This document shows, in pieces, positions 12,022 to 23,027 of a stretch of DNA of 64,000 nucleotides. The position numbers and the translations under genes are program-made. Source of the stretch: Ostrea edulis (lineage: Eukaryota); assembly GCF_947568905.1 (NCBI RefSeq), contig NC_079172.1, positions 6,820,001-6,884,000 on the forward strand, read 5' to 3'. The notes under the pieces were generated by a model. That model saw nothing but the letters and a program-made list of their open reading frames with translations. It had not been told where the DNA came from and made no database searches. Each line of letters begins with the position of its first letter. The stretch's first letter is position 1.

Positions 12022-14454
12022 CAGCACATTTGATAACACAATCCATATGAATCTGCATGATACAGAGAAAACTACGTGGGACCTATGTGACCCACTTGTC
12101 CTGGCTTTCCATTGTGAAAGGGTTGGGGGGGGGAATCACGTCAGAGGGGGGGGGGGGGAATCACGTCAGATATAGAACTTTACTAAAATCAATATAAATT
12201 ACTAGTCTACCTCAGACCGCAATCAACAGAATATCCGATTTATCGAACAAACATAATTATAACTTAATTAACAGTGTATCGATTTGAAGATTAAATAATT
12301 GATTTCTGTTTAACATACACGTCCTTGAAAGGTAATTTAATTGGTAGTTCCGAATCACGGCTTGTCAACGGCTTTACCTTCTTAATCAACGTGCAAGAAG
12401 TGGCATGTATCCTAAAATTACTACAAATACAGCAAGGGTATCAGCAATCAACCAAGGTTATCATCGCGCCGATTACAAATGAACTTAAACTTGGAGATTG
12501 ATTCCTGCTAAGTAAAGATTCCTGATAAAGCGAAGAGTTTTAAAACAAAAAAAGGGTACAATGACGTCCTACACCACGTGACCCAGTTGAAGACAATGTA
12601 CTAAACAATTCTCATTTATAAAGACGCGGAAATTGACACCTATTTTGACAAAATATCTTCACTAAGCATCCGCCCACTGTTTAAATTATCGCAATGTTCA
12701 TTTCAAACCCGAACACGATGGATTATTTGCAGATTTAATTGAAATACACAACATGCCGAGTTCCATAACCAGTAAGTAATCTTTTGAATTCATGAAACGA
12801 ACAATTTATAGATACCCTGGATTTCAAATTGTAGCGTAAAGGACAATCAGCATCATTCTTTACGAAAGAGCTTATAACCCTGAAGGAGTAGGTGTGAATG
12901 CTACGCAAGTTTGAATGCGATGTAATTAATATTTTTATTTTTTTTTTACCAACTATTGATCAGTCAAATTGCAATACAATTATAACCCTGTCAAACAACG
13001 TAATGGGATTATAAAGTTGTATTTCAAATTGATTTTTCGTCTCGATGAGGAAATATGAATAAAAAACCTTTCAGCCAAATAAGAAATGTCTCAAATGAAT
13101 AAACACCCACTGCAGTAATGATTTGGCTGAATGTAAACAATTCTAGACATATTTGAAAAGAATGGTAGGAAGGTCGCATTTTGACATCTTCCCATCTCCA
13201 ACCACGAAGAACATTTTCTTTCGCTAAAAACTACGGTATTAACTTTTTCAAATTTTTCTAACCGATTTATTGACTTGTTCCAAATGTTCAAAAACACAAA
13301 ACCGATATTGCTGCGTCTTGTCTGTGTCATATTTAGTATGCCAAGAGACATACATAGCATACATGTCTCAGGTATGTCCTGATATCCACATGCACAGCAA
13401 GACCGGCTTTAGAATGAGTAGGTCTATTTGAGAGTTCGAGTAGTTCTGTTTGAAATAATTCTTTGAATAGCGGCCTGTCGTCCTTCTTGCGGAAAGTCGT
13501 TGATTCCCCCACACAGTGCTTAATCGGCGCTTAGAAGCTTTTTCTTTCTACCAATTCGGTGCGATATATTGGTCCTAAACATCAAATATCGGGCAACAGG
13601 AGGGAATATTTTGACGAGATAAAACACTGCTTGATCCCTCCTTGACAAAAGAGGTCTCACGAGAAGACAATGTTATCTACAAGAGGCGCGTGACTATGCC
13701 TATTGTGGCCACATATGTTTTCCTAATCCAGCTTTAATTCCGTATATGTATTTGAGATTCGCCACTACGATAGAGGCGCCTTTTAATACAATCAACAAAA
13801 ACCTGCATTTAAATCTTTGAAAACCGTTCGTGTACGACAAACCCTAGTAATTAAATTAACGGGATATATTCAATCCGTACACTCCATGGATTGTAATGTT
13901 GGGATTTGTGTAACCTCTCGTGAGATTTAACAAGATATATTTTGAATATATCTCTGTACACCAAGAAGTCTAGTGTTTCAAATATCATCTCCGACGTGAG
14001 GTCTAGGAATGATAGAACGATGATTTGATGTAGGGATTTATTTTACAATCCGGGTAAGCGGCATTTTATGTCAACTTGATCATTAGAAATTATTACAGTT
14101 CATTATCATTGTAGTCGCCGAAAAATTCGATACTCTTTTCACTTGTAATGGTGTCTTGAAGAGCTTCGCAAACTTCTGCACAGAAAAATTCTTAACTCTG
14201 GGTTTGATTTTGTACAAGCGTTAAATGGAACATACTCCTAAAGAAAAGATTTAATTATATCGGATTAACTTGTTTATTAACTACTTGTCACAACGGAATA
14301 AAAGAAACTACACAATAGGGGCATGGCAAAAGCCATATTATAGAGGGTGTTACGCCAGGCTTTTCAAACAGATGTGTGTTGTTCAGTTCATTTGGAATGT
14401 GTACAGATCTAATTTCTAGCTCTTCTTTGCAGTGGAAGTACCCCAAAGTAAGAG

Positions 14455-15765
14455 ATGTTACGAGTGTGTACTCCGGTCACCGTACACAGTCAGTGTCAAG
14501 GACGCATGCGCAGTCCTATACGTTCGGGTGTAGTCAATGATCTCCGGCAGCACATCATTGAATTGGTAAAAGAACAGACAGAAGAAAACCTCGATATGAA
14601 TATAGAAGAATCCGCTATCATTTATCAAATAAAAAAGAAAGGAGGAGTTGCTCCCATTGAGCCGATAAAGACAAAGGAAGACAAACAAAACGATAAAGTG
14701 AAAAGAATTCATTTGAAAATGTTAAAAGAGTCACGTGGTAGAGGAGCACATCAATTTCCAGCGCTGGATATAGGGGATATTTCTCACAGGGATGACGTCA
14801 TGCCACAGAGTGACCCAAGGACAGCTAGTGCTAAAACAGTCAGGTTCAGGATGGAGGACACAAACGGTTACGTACCAGGAAACCAAAACCCCGGATACGA
14901 AGTGCGTGGTAATGCCATTAAATCTTCCTCCGGACTTCATAAATCTGTTCCATTAATATTACGCAGAACTGAGGCAGCTCAAAGACAAGCTCAAATTCAC
15001 ACTTCATTACAATTGTTTAAAAGACGTTTGAAAATGAACAGCCAAAACAATTATTTAGCGCCAAACAGTACTGTTCGTGAATCAGACTACATCATCCGGC
15101 GTGTGCCGCTTCAGCTGGATGTTCATGGTCGACCAAATATCACTCATGGTGTTCCTTTAGCGCCAAGAATATCTGTATCCTCCAAACTGCACGCCCGTCC
15201 GAGAACACCTAACTCTGTTCAGCAACGAGCGGTTTCCCCACGACCCCCGACATCCTCCAACACAAGACCCTTAAGTGGAGGTCACAAGTCATCAGCCTCC
15301 ATTGAAGAAAAGAAGGTCAGGTTTTCATATCGACTTCCGGATAACATAGGTAAAGAGTTGTTTCGAGAGGACTCCGAAATCATTCCTAGTGTCAATACAT
15401 ACGTTGTCGAACAAACTCAAGCAAAATTCGGTGGAAAGTACAAAACGCAAGCAATGTTGAACGAGCACAACCTAGGCGTCCACGATGCACTGCACTCTGG
15501 TGACAAAGAGAGGGTCACGGTACGCGAGGATTCTAAAGTCGACACTCGAATCATTCGATGGGTCGAGGAATCTACAAACATAAACTTTACAAAAAGAATC
15601 AATCGAATTCGATCAGCTTCTACGGAACGCTTTTATCGATCTGAATCGACTGAACGTTTAAAAACAGGATCTGCTGACTCTAGACGAAGTCGAAAATTTC
15701 TGGAAGACCCGACAATTAATAATAATATAATCAACAACGAATCAAAAGTCAAAACCACAGAATAA
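14455..15765 (+). CDS. Uncharacterised basic, low-complexity protein, 436 aa, intronless CDS
   Basis: 1311-bp ORF. The ATG is preceded by an in-frame TAA and by a candidate acceptor (TCTTCTTTGCAG, ~14421-14432), which suggests a spliced non-coding 5' exon. No family recognised. Confidence 0.85.
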   Translation: MLRVCTPVTVHSQCQGRMRSPIRSGVVNDLRQHIIELVKEQTEENLDMNIEESAIIYQIKKKGGVAPIEPIKTKEDKQNDKVKRIHLKMLKESRGRGAHQFPALDIGDISHRDDVMPQSDPRTASAKTVRFRMEDTNGYVPGNQNPGYEVRGNAIKSSSGLHKSVPLILRRTEAAQRQAQIHTSLQLFKRRLKMNSQNNYLAPNSTVRESDYIIRRVPLQLDVHGRPNITHGVPLAPRISVSSKLHARPRTPNSVQQRAVSPRPPTSSNTRPLSGGHKSSASIEEKKVRFSYRLPDNIGKELFREDSEIIPSVNTYVVEQTQAKFGGKYKTQAMLNEHNLGVHDALHSGDKERVTVREDSKVDTRIIRWVEESTNINFTKRINRIRSASTERFYRSESTERLKTGSADSRRSRKFLEDPTINNNIINNESKVKTTE

Positions 15766-16436
15766 CATGTGTTTTAAACAGATCATCAGAACAAAAGTGG
15801 TGCTTTTCATGAAAAAAAAAATTTAACTGTGATATTCATGGATTCTGATCAGCAACTGTCTCAGCAATTTAAAAAAAATCAAACTTTTTATTTTCATATG
15901 GACTGTTTGAACTTCTATACGGGTATTTGTGCACAACTATCTGGGTGAAATGATCACCTTGGTATAATTTGACATCAAGGTCACTCTCCTTTTGTTGAAA
16001 ATTTAAATGACGGATACCGGTAATGGCAATCCTCTGTTAATATTATATGTCATGTAATGATGTAATTTTGCAAGCTTTAAATGAGCTGATACTTATACAA
16101 ACTAGCAAAACGAACATAAAATATTTTCAAAACGATTTATTGATAATGCATTTGGCAGTCTCATACATGTGTGACGTGTGAAAAGACAAGTCATACAAAC
16201 GCCAAACCCTCCTACCAACGACAACACCGTCTCAGTTCTCCAAGACATGGAGTATTTCGCACTCTTCATGAAATGAAAACAGCGATGATTTATTCCTTCT
16301 CGAATATCCACTAATAGTTTTCAATTATTAAGTAGGCATGTCTTGTTCTATTGGAGATGAATCACTTTAAATTTTCAGACATTTTCTTCTTCAGAATAAC
16401 AAAGGCAAGTGTTAATATGATAAACAAATTTAAATT

Positions 16437-16714
16437 CTATACTATTTTGTTGACAACTTTCCCTATGTTGTCAATTTCACATTCCACAATATCACCTTTC
16501 TGGAAAATAAAAAAAATATTCTGTGTTCATTGCATGCCGGTGAGTGCGAATTTGTTAGGTAGATAAAGCAAGTTAAGTGTGTTTGAAAATGAGCTATCTA
16601 TGAGATTGAACAATTATTGACTCATAAAATAATGAGTGTGTGAAAAAATCTTGATAAATATGGTACAACTATTTTAACGACTAGAAATATTCCAACAAAA
16701 ATGAAAGGAAAATG

Positions 16715-16754
<40 letters not shown>

Positions 16755-19700
16755 TATATATATATATATATATATAAAATAAATTTCATTTTTGATTAAA
16801 CAGCAATGTGCTTCATGAAGTATGCTGGCATAATATGTTGCAGTTTATGTCCTCGTGTATTTTCAAACATGAAATTTATTTCTTAAATGTTCCATAAACA
16901 GATGCATTCACAGATTGATTAGTATTAAATAGACAGTGTACGCGGAACCGGTAGAGCTACAGCTCATTCAGTAGGGTTCCAAAAACTTTTCGAGTTGGGT
17001 CGGTTCAGGATTTCTCAATTCGGGTTCGAGTATTTCGGTTTGGGTCTATATAGCTATTTTAAAAATGATTAATCTAAAATCAAACACTTTTATTGTATTT
17101 TGTTACAATAATTACTCGTGGATGCGGACTGAGCTTTAGACTCGACATCCATGGTACTAGAAACAGCATTGTCACTTCTACTCGTTCTCAATGATTGTCA
17201 TTGACGATGTTGATCCTGTGGCGTATTTCAAATGTGTCTGACATATTTTACATACTGTCATTGTTTTGTCCACAATGCCACCATACAGTCATATTTGAGA
17301 ATTTTGACATCATCTTGTTTGAACGGATTTCTAAAAATGATTCCATCGTAAAAATCGGACCCGAACCGAAATACGGAAAAAATGGAACCAATCCCGACCC
17401 GAAAATGACCCGCTGTTTTTGGTTATTTCAGGTACTCGTTCCAGCCCTAATACTCCGTATCATTTACCTGTAGGTATTCCGGTGGTTTTCCAAACACCCC
17501 GACACCTGGCGGAGTACCTGTCAAAATCAGGTCTCCTGGTTTCAGCGTCATGAACCTTTAAAGCAAGAATAGAATTCATAAAATATTACGTTTTGAATAC
17601 ATCCTACGAATATACTTTTGTTTACCCATACTGATCAATAGTACCGTGCAGTCCAGGAATTAGCGGATACACCAGCCATAAATCACTCAATTTTCTATCA
17701 GTGTGAAAGAAACTTACAGAATATATGTATATAAGTACAAACTAGCACCATGTTGGTAATTACCTGGTGTTTTCGCGAATTCCATGGACCCGTACTATGT
17801 ACTTGTCGACAGGTCTTTCATCATGGGCAAGAGATGATACTAGTATGTAACGAGTTACGACAGTACAGAAGTAGCATATTTCACAAGAGGACAATCGTGT
17901 CCAAGTATTAGTATGCGACTATGTCATAAAAAGTAGTCTTCAGTTTTTTTAAAAGACAATATTCTATCACACATTTTCATGGTATTCTAACTCACATGGA
18001 AAATTAGCAGAAGAAAACTTGAATAATTCTTAAAACTATTTTGTTTCTGGTACCGTCAGTAAACGTGACGTACATGCACAGGTATACAGTTCAGGGTAGA
18101 TTGATCTAACCACCCTAGTAACACAACATCTGAAGAGTTCTACACACCTCATCTATGTACTTATATTTACCATCTCTCTAAATATACTGCTAACTTTAAT
18201 CGTTACAATAAGCTCGATCATTCATCTGCACCGTGTAATCTAAGATCTCTCTACATAATTATCGTGACGTGCAGTTATAGGGAGCTACCACGTGCACTAA
18301 GATCTCTCTACATAATTATCGTGACGTGCAGTTATAGGGAGCTACCACGTGCACTAAGATCTCTCTACATAATTATCGTGACGTGCAGTTATAGGGAGCT
18401 ACCACGTGCACTAAGATCTCTCTACATAATTATCGTGACGTGCAGTTATAGGGAGCTATCACGTGCACTAAGATCTCTCTACATAATTACTGCCCCTTTC
18501 ACCGTTTCCATAAGCTATTGTGTGTATCAATGTGTGTTACCTGGATATGAATGCGACCATTGCTGCCGTTTTGTGAATGAGCTGATTAGTGTTGCTGTCT
18601 TGTTTGGTGACGCCGTTCACTTTACAGCGTAGACCCAGATTGTGAGGATCTGTTAATAGAGAATGACTATGATGCACAGTGTTATGTCGTTATAGATATT
18701 TAAAACAGATATATAATACATACAGAGGAGCTCCCGGGAAATAAAACAAGACGCTTAAATCCTACATACACAATATGTATACTGCATCCAACTACTTTAG
18801 AACCAATCCGCGACTAGGTATACCTCTGTAGATTGACTTTATCATATTTTTCTACGTATTCTAAATAAACAAGTTGTACAGCTTGCAAACCGGTCGTGGT
18901 AACTTAGTAGTAGAACGTTCGCTTTGTAACCAGGAGGCCGTGAGTTCGATTCCCGCCCGTACAATAGACGCGTCAAACTTAAGACGTGAAAATAGGCTGT
19001 GATTGCTTCCTCGCCAAATCCTCAGCATTTATTAGAAGTGTGAATCATGGCTCTTTCGGATGTGACCTTAAAAACGGAGGCCCCCATGTCGCGACAGGCG
19101 TTGGCACGATATAGAACCCTCACTGCTACAGCCATAAGCGCTAAGCATAGGCCTAAATTTGTGGTACTTTGCCTACAGCTGGTGACGTCTCAATACGAGT
19201 GAAAAATTCTCAACGGGACGTAAAAAAATAATCTACAACTTGCATTTATAACTTTTCGTTGGCTCGGTATTTGCACGAAAGGATCATTGATCTATACGAC
19301 GTATATTACGAAGACTATCTCCCTGTAGACTGATTTTATCATCTTCTTTCTAAACTTAGATGGGCATTATGAAGGGCACATCCCTGCATATTGACTTTAT
19401 GATTTTGTTTACATATTTTATGAAGGGTATGTCCTGCACACTAGCTTTATGATCTTCTATCCCGAATTGACGAAAGCTACTTAATTGCCTGCAGATTGAT
19501 TTACTTATATATTTACTCACGACGAAACAACACTGGTTGGGAATCCAGACAAGGCCATGTAATTCGGTCATCAAATTATGTACGCTAACATAATGGCGCG
19601 ATGACGTGATGACAATCAAACGAGAGAGCAATGGTGTGATGGTAACGATTAGCGAACAACATCCGCATATCTATAGTGCTTCATCGTACCTTCGTTAATA

Positions 19701-22510
19701 TCACTTCATCGAACCACCAAGCAATCGTCATCGCGCTGTCGGATTACCGTGTCATCGTCATCGCACCATCACGTCATAAACAGCAGTCATTCAATAACAG
19801 ACCTACAATTCGCTGTACTGTGTCATGAAACTGAGCTGCGTGGCCCTGTACACATTCCATCCATTGTTTACAATAAACAATTAGCCACAATTCTGTTACA
19901 TATCACGTGACACGTAAGAGTGTGCTGTCTGGTTATCTCTCACTTTCTTACATTTTGCTATGTGACACGTAAGAGTGTGCTGTCTGGTTATCTCTCACTT
20001 TCTTACATTTTGCTATGTGTGGGGTTGCACAGTAGGGTCCACTTTTCTTCACTTTCCCCTCTTCTGCCCCCACCCACCCCCTCCCTTTAACCCTATCCAT
20101 GTCTAAAATATGTCTATGCGCTGAATCATGAAACCGCTTCTGAAATATTAAATTCGACATGACTGTTATACGTACCAACTATGTCCTCCTTCATAACTAT
20201 GGCGGGTCCCAGTGGACAGAACCCATCCATGGCTTTTCCTATCACCCACTGCCCACCATTCTTCCCAGGATCTAGCTGCCAGTCCCGTGCACTTACGTCA
20301 TGTGCAACAGTATAACCAAACACGTAATTCATCGCATCACTTTCCTGTATTTATTTTAGACTGAGACTGATCAGCACATGCATTAATCAAAAACATCAAT
20401 ATTACGTCATTGAAGCGGTAAGAAATGTAAACAGGAGACAAAATGGGTGTACCTGAACCCGTTTGGCGTCTTTCCCAATAACAATTGTCAGTTCTACTTC
20501 CCAGTCCAATTTCTACAATATAAAATCAAAATTTAAAACTGGTTCTAGAGAACAGACACATGTTTCATACATGGGTCCCCGTCCCCCCTTCCTTAATAAT
20601 ACTGGTATCATCAAGGAGGGGGGACCCATGTATGAAACAAGTACCTGTGTGCTAGAGACATTTTAGAGAATTAGTATTGTCAGATGAAATATTTTTGAAT
20701 ATTTGTAAATTTTTAATCCAAAATGCACTCGCAAGTTTCCGTCTTGATTACATCATGGACTCTCGTAATTTCTTTTTCTATTTCAAATTTTAAGATACTA
20801 TAATGATCATATCGATGTTAATAACATGAGTTTCAAGGGGAAAAAAAGCTTATGAATTTCTTTTGTAATATGACAGAAATTCAATGAATAAAATTTAATA
20901 CAATTCTAAATGCGAATAGGTCCCAACTGATACAAAAAGAGATGTCACGAGAATTGTTGTCAGCAAGTTTGTTAACTTTTAAAAGACAACAATTTTCGGG
21001 GACACGGAGAACATCTATTATGGAAATTGTAACAGGGGTACATCTGAAATAGCTACATCATCTGGCTCCTACACCAGGTCACGGAGCCCCACTTTTCTCT
21101 CCGATTTCGAATTTCACCATACACATGTACATGTATATTACCTTGATAAAAATAAACAACCTACAACACAGTTTGTAAATTCTCTTTACGATATTTATAC
21201 CAAAAGATGGACATCATTAAGAAAAATATATTCCCCATACATATCATTTGAATTTTATATAATTTATACCTTTTCAGTCCAATTCTATTTGAATTCTACC
21301 TATTTTCTACCTATCTTCAAACGCTACTTTGCATTGCGTGACTTCATTATAACAATCTTAATCGATACAATGGAACATGAGCTAACTGTGGACTTTATTC
21401 AGTTCTGACCTTTGTCTCTGAGGGATACACCAAGTCGTCCGTGGGACCTATGATGCAGCTCGGGAATTTGTTGAAGATTACAGGCTCTACAGGAACAGGT
21501 GCGTTCTGTTCCTCACAGTGGTCCTTATAATTCATCCCTACACACAGCACCTTGTCTGGGTTATAGATCGGAGCTGCTATTGTGACAGAATCCCTGGGAA
21601 TAATTGATCCGCCTCTGTCGACGACACTGCAAAAGTTTGATGTTGATACGTGTTGGAATATATTTCAGGAGGGGGTTGTACTATATATATCATTTTTATA
21701 AACATTGTACATTGAAATGTTAACTATCATGTATGCTGTATGCCCAAGAGGGCCCCAATTTGGAAATAAATCATATCATATATTATATATATTAATTATA
21801 TATATACACGTACAGGTAGTGACTAGTCTGAGATTGTTTTGTAAACCCATAGATAAAACAAGGGTTACTACAGAGATAACTGCGCACTACTATTTTGGGA
21901 AACTGCACTGTATACCCACATCTCTTCAAAATACATGTATGGGTTACATGTACCCGGCAGGGTTTCAAAAGATCGGCCCTTTTTCACGACTTGTAACAGG
22001 CACATGTGACTAATTATTATTAATAAAGCTGATGTTTCATAAAATGCTCTCGTGTGAGTGCATGAATCTAGAACACAAGAATTTCTAAGGGAGGGGGGGG
22101 GGGGTACAGTTAAATTAATCGATCAGGTTTGTAAAGGGGCGGGCAAACAATCTACTGAACACATCTTCTGTGCTTTCCTACGTGATTAAAAATATGTCAG
22201 ATACCGTGCCTATTTAATTCGACGTGCTATAATGATCGATTTGGTGCACAATACGGCTGCAGATAGGCGAGTTGGGGCACATATATACCTGCAACGTCAC
22301 TATTTCTGACACCACAGATAAATTAGGACTCCGGGTAACCAGCTCATACCTTTTTGCAGCAAGTAAGCTCTTTTGACCACCTTCAATAAAACTTCGCATG
22401 TCTGATGGAATTTTAGAATCTCCTGCACACAAATCCACGATGTCCCCGCCATCGCAAACCTCCACCCCTACCTGTCGCACTCCGCCCCTCTCAAACTGGA
22501 CAAACCGCAT
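16437..22510 (-). CDS. FAHD2: Fumarylacetoacetate hydrolase domain-containing protein 2, 288 aa, 7 exons
   Basis: Exons in minus-strand order: 22350-22510, 21410-21626, 20453-20512, 20176-20344, 18541-18649, 17468-17555, 16437-16499. All introns GT-AG with consistent phases; 867 nt. Motifs [60 protein letters not shown]. An in-frame TGA lies upstream of the ATG. Confidence 0.96.
16718..16775. repeat. (TA)n microsatellite
   Basis: Interrupted TA run in the last FAHD2 intron. Confidence 0.9.
16972..17449. mobile_element. Decayed hAT-like MITE (TAGGG termini, CGGGT/ACCCG subterminal repeats)
   Basis: Starts TAGGGTT and ends CCAGCCCTA. GGGTC/GGTTCG motifs on the left are mirrored by GACCCG/CGAACC motifs on the right. 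No TSD found. Confidence 0.4.
18241..18489. repeat. 57-bp minisatellite, ~4.3 copies
   Basis: Unit TAAGATCTCTCTACATAATTATCGTGACGTGCAGTTATAGGGAGCTACCACGTGCAC, in FAHD2 intron 5 about 50 nt from the donor. Confidence 0.95.
18889..19235 (+). mobile_element. tRNA-headed SINE with conserved central domain
   Basis: Degenerate A box and B box (GAGTTCGATTCC) at 18897-18955. The body GGCACGAT...AAGCGCTAAGCATAGGCCTAAATTT...GGTGACGTCTC...GAGTGAAAAATTCTC is homologous to the copies at 46174 and 56219. A-rich end. Confidence 0.8.
19907..20017. repeat. 57-bp tandem duplication (2 copies)
   Basis: GTGACACGTAAGAGTGTGCTGTCTGGTTATCTCTCACTTTCTTACATTTTGCTATGT occurs twice in tandem. Confidence 0.9.
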
Positions 22511-23027
22511 TGTGCTGGAAAGTCACGAGAGGTTACGAATATCACTGCGGGTCAGCTGACAGCTCTTATCTTAACCAGGTTACTCTTATCTCTGAAAGTT
22601 CACAAAAAAGGTTTTGGAATATCACTTCATATATACATTCTACATTCATTTTCAGGTTTAAATTATCAATAACTCACTGTTAGACCCAAAATTGCTGGAA
22701 ATTCCAATTCAAACACAGCGAAAATGAAAGTAAACGCTGTGTAAAACTAGACCTACAAGAGGTGATCCGGCGGGCGTAGTTTTCATCACAAGTTCAAAAT
22801 ATATTAGTTTCAATATGACTGGTTGTTGCAGTACATCACTATATGACTCACTTTAATTTTATCATGAGTAATAAGAGAAAAACCTAGACTACATTAACTA
22901 TCTTGCGTCTTTAATTCATAAGTACCGGTCACATGATCTAATTTTACCCTCCACGAACATCAGCTCAACACATCGTGTATCAGGTGATAGCACTCCAGAC
23001 CTGGACGCTGACGACGAGTAACCAAAA
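22511..23027. promoter_or_regulatory. Probable bidirectional promoter region between FAHD2 and the M17 aminopeptidase gene
   Basis: The two start codons (22510 minus, 23028 plus) face away from each other 517 bp apart, so both TSSs probably lie in this interval unless there are distant non-coding exons. Confidence 0.7.

Noticed and set aside
18264-18632. 122-aa ORF with 19-aa repeats
   Set aside because: Translation of the 57-bp minisatellite plus the antisense strand of a FAHD2 exon.
22880-22940. ACTACA (ZNF143-like) and GTCACATGA (E-box/CLEAR-like) motifs in the divergent promoter
   Set aside because: Only short partial matches, expected by chance in 500 bp.
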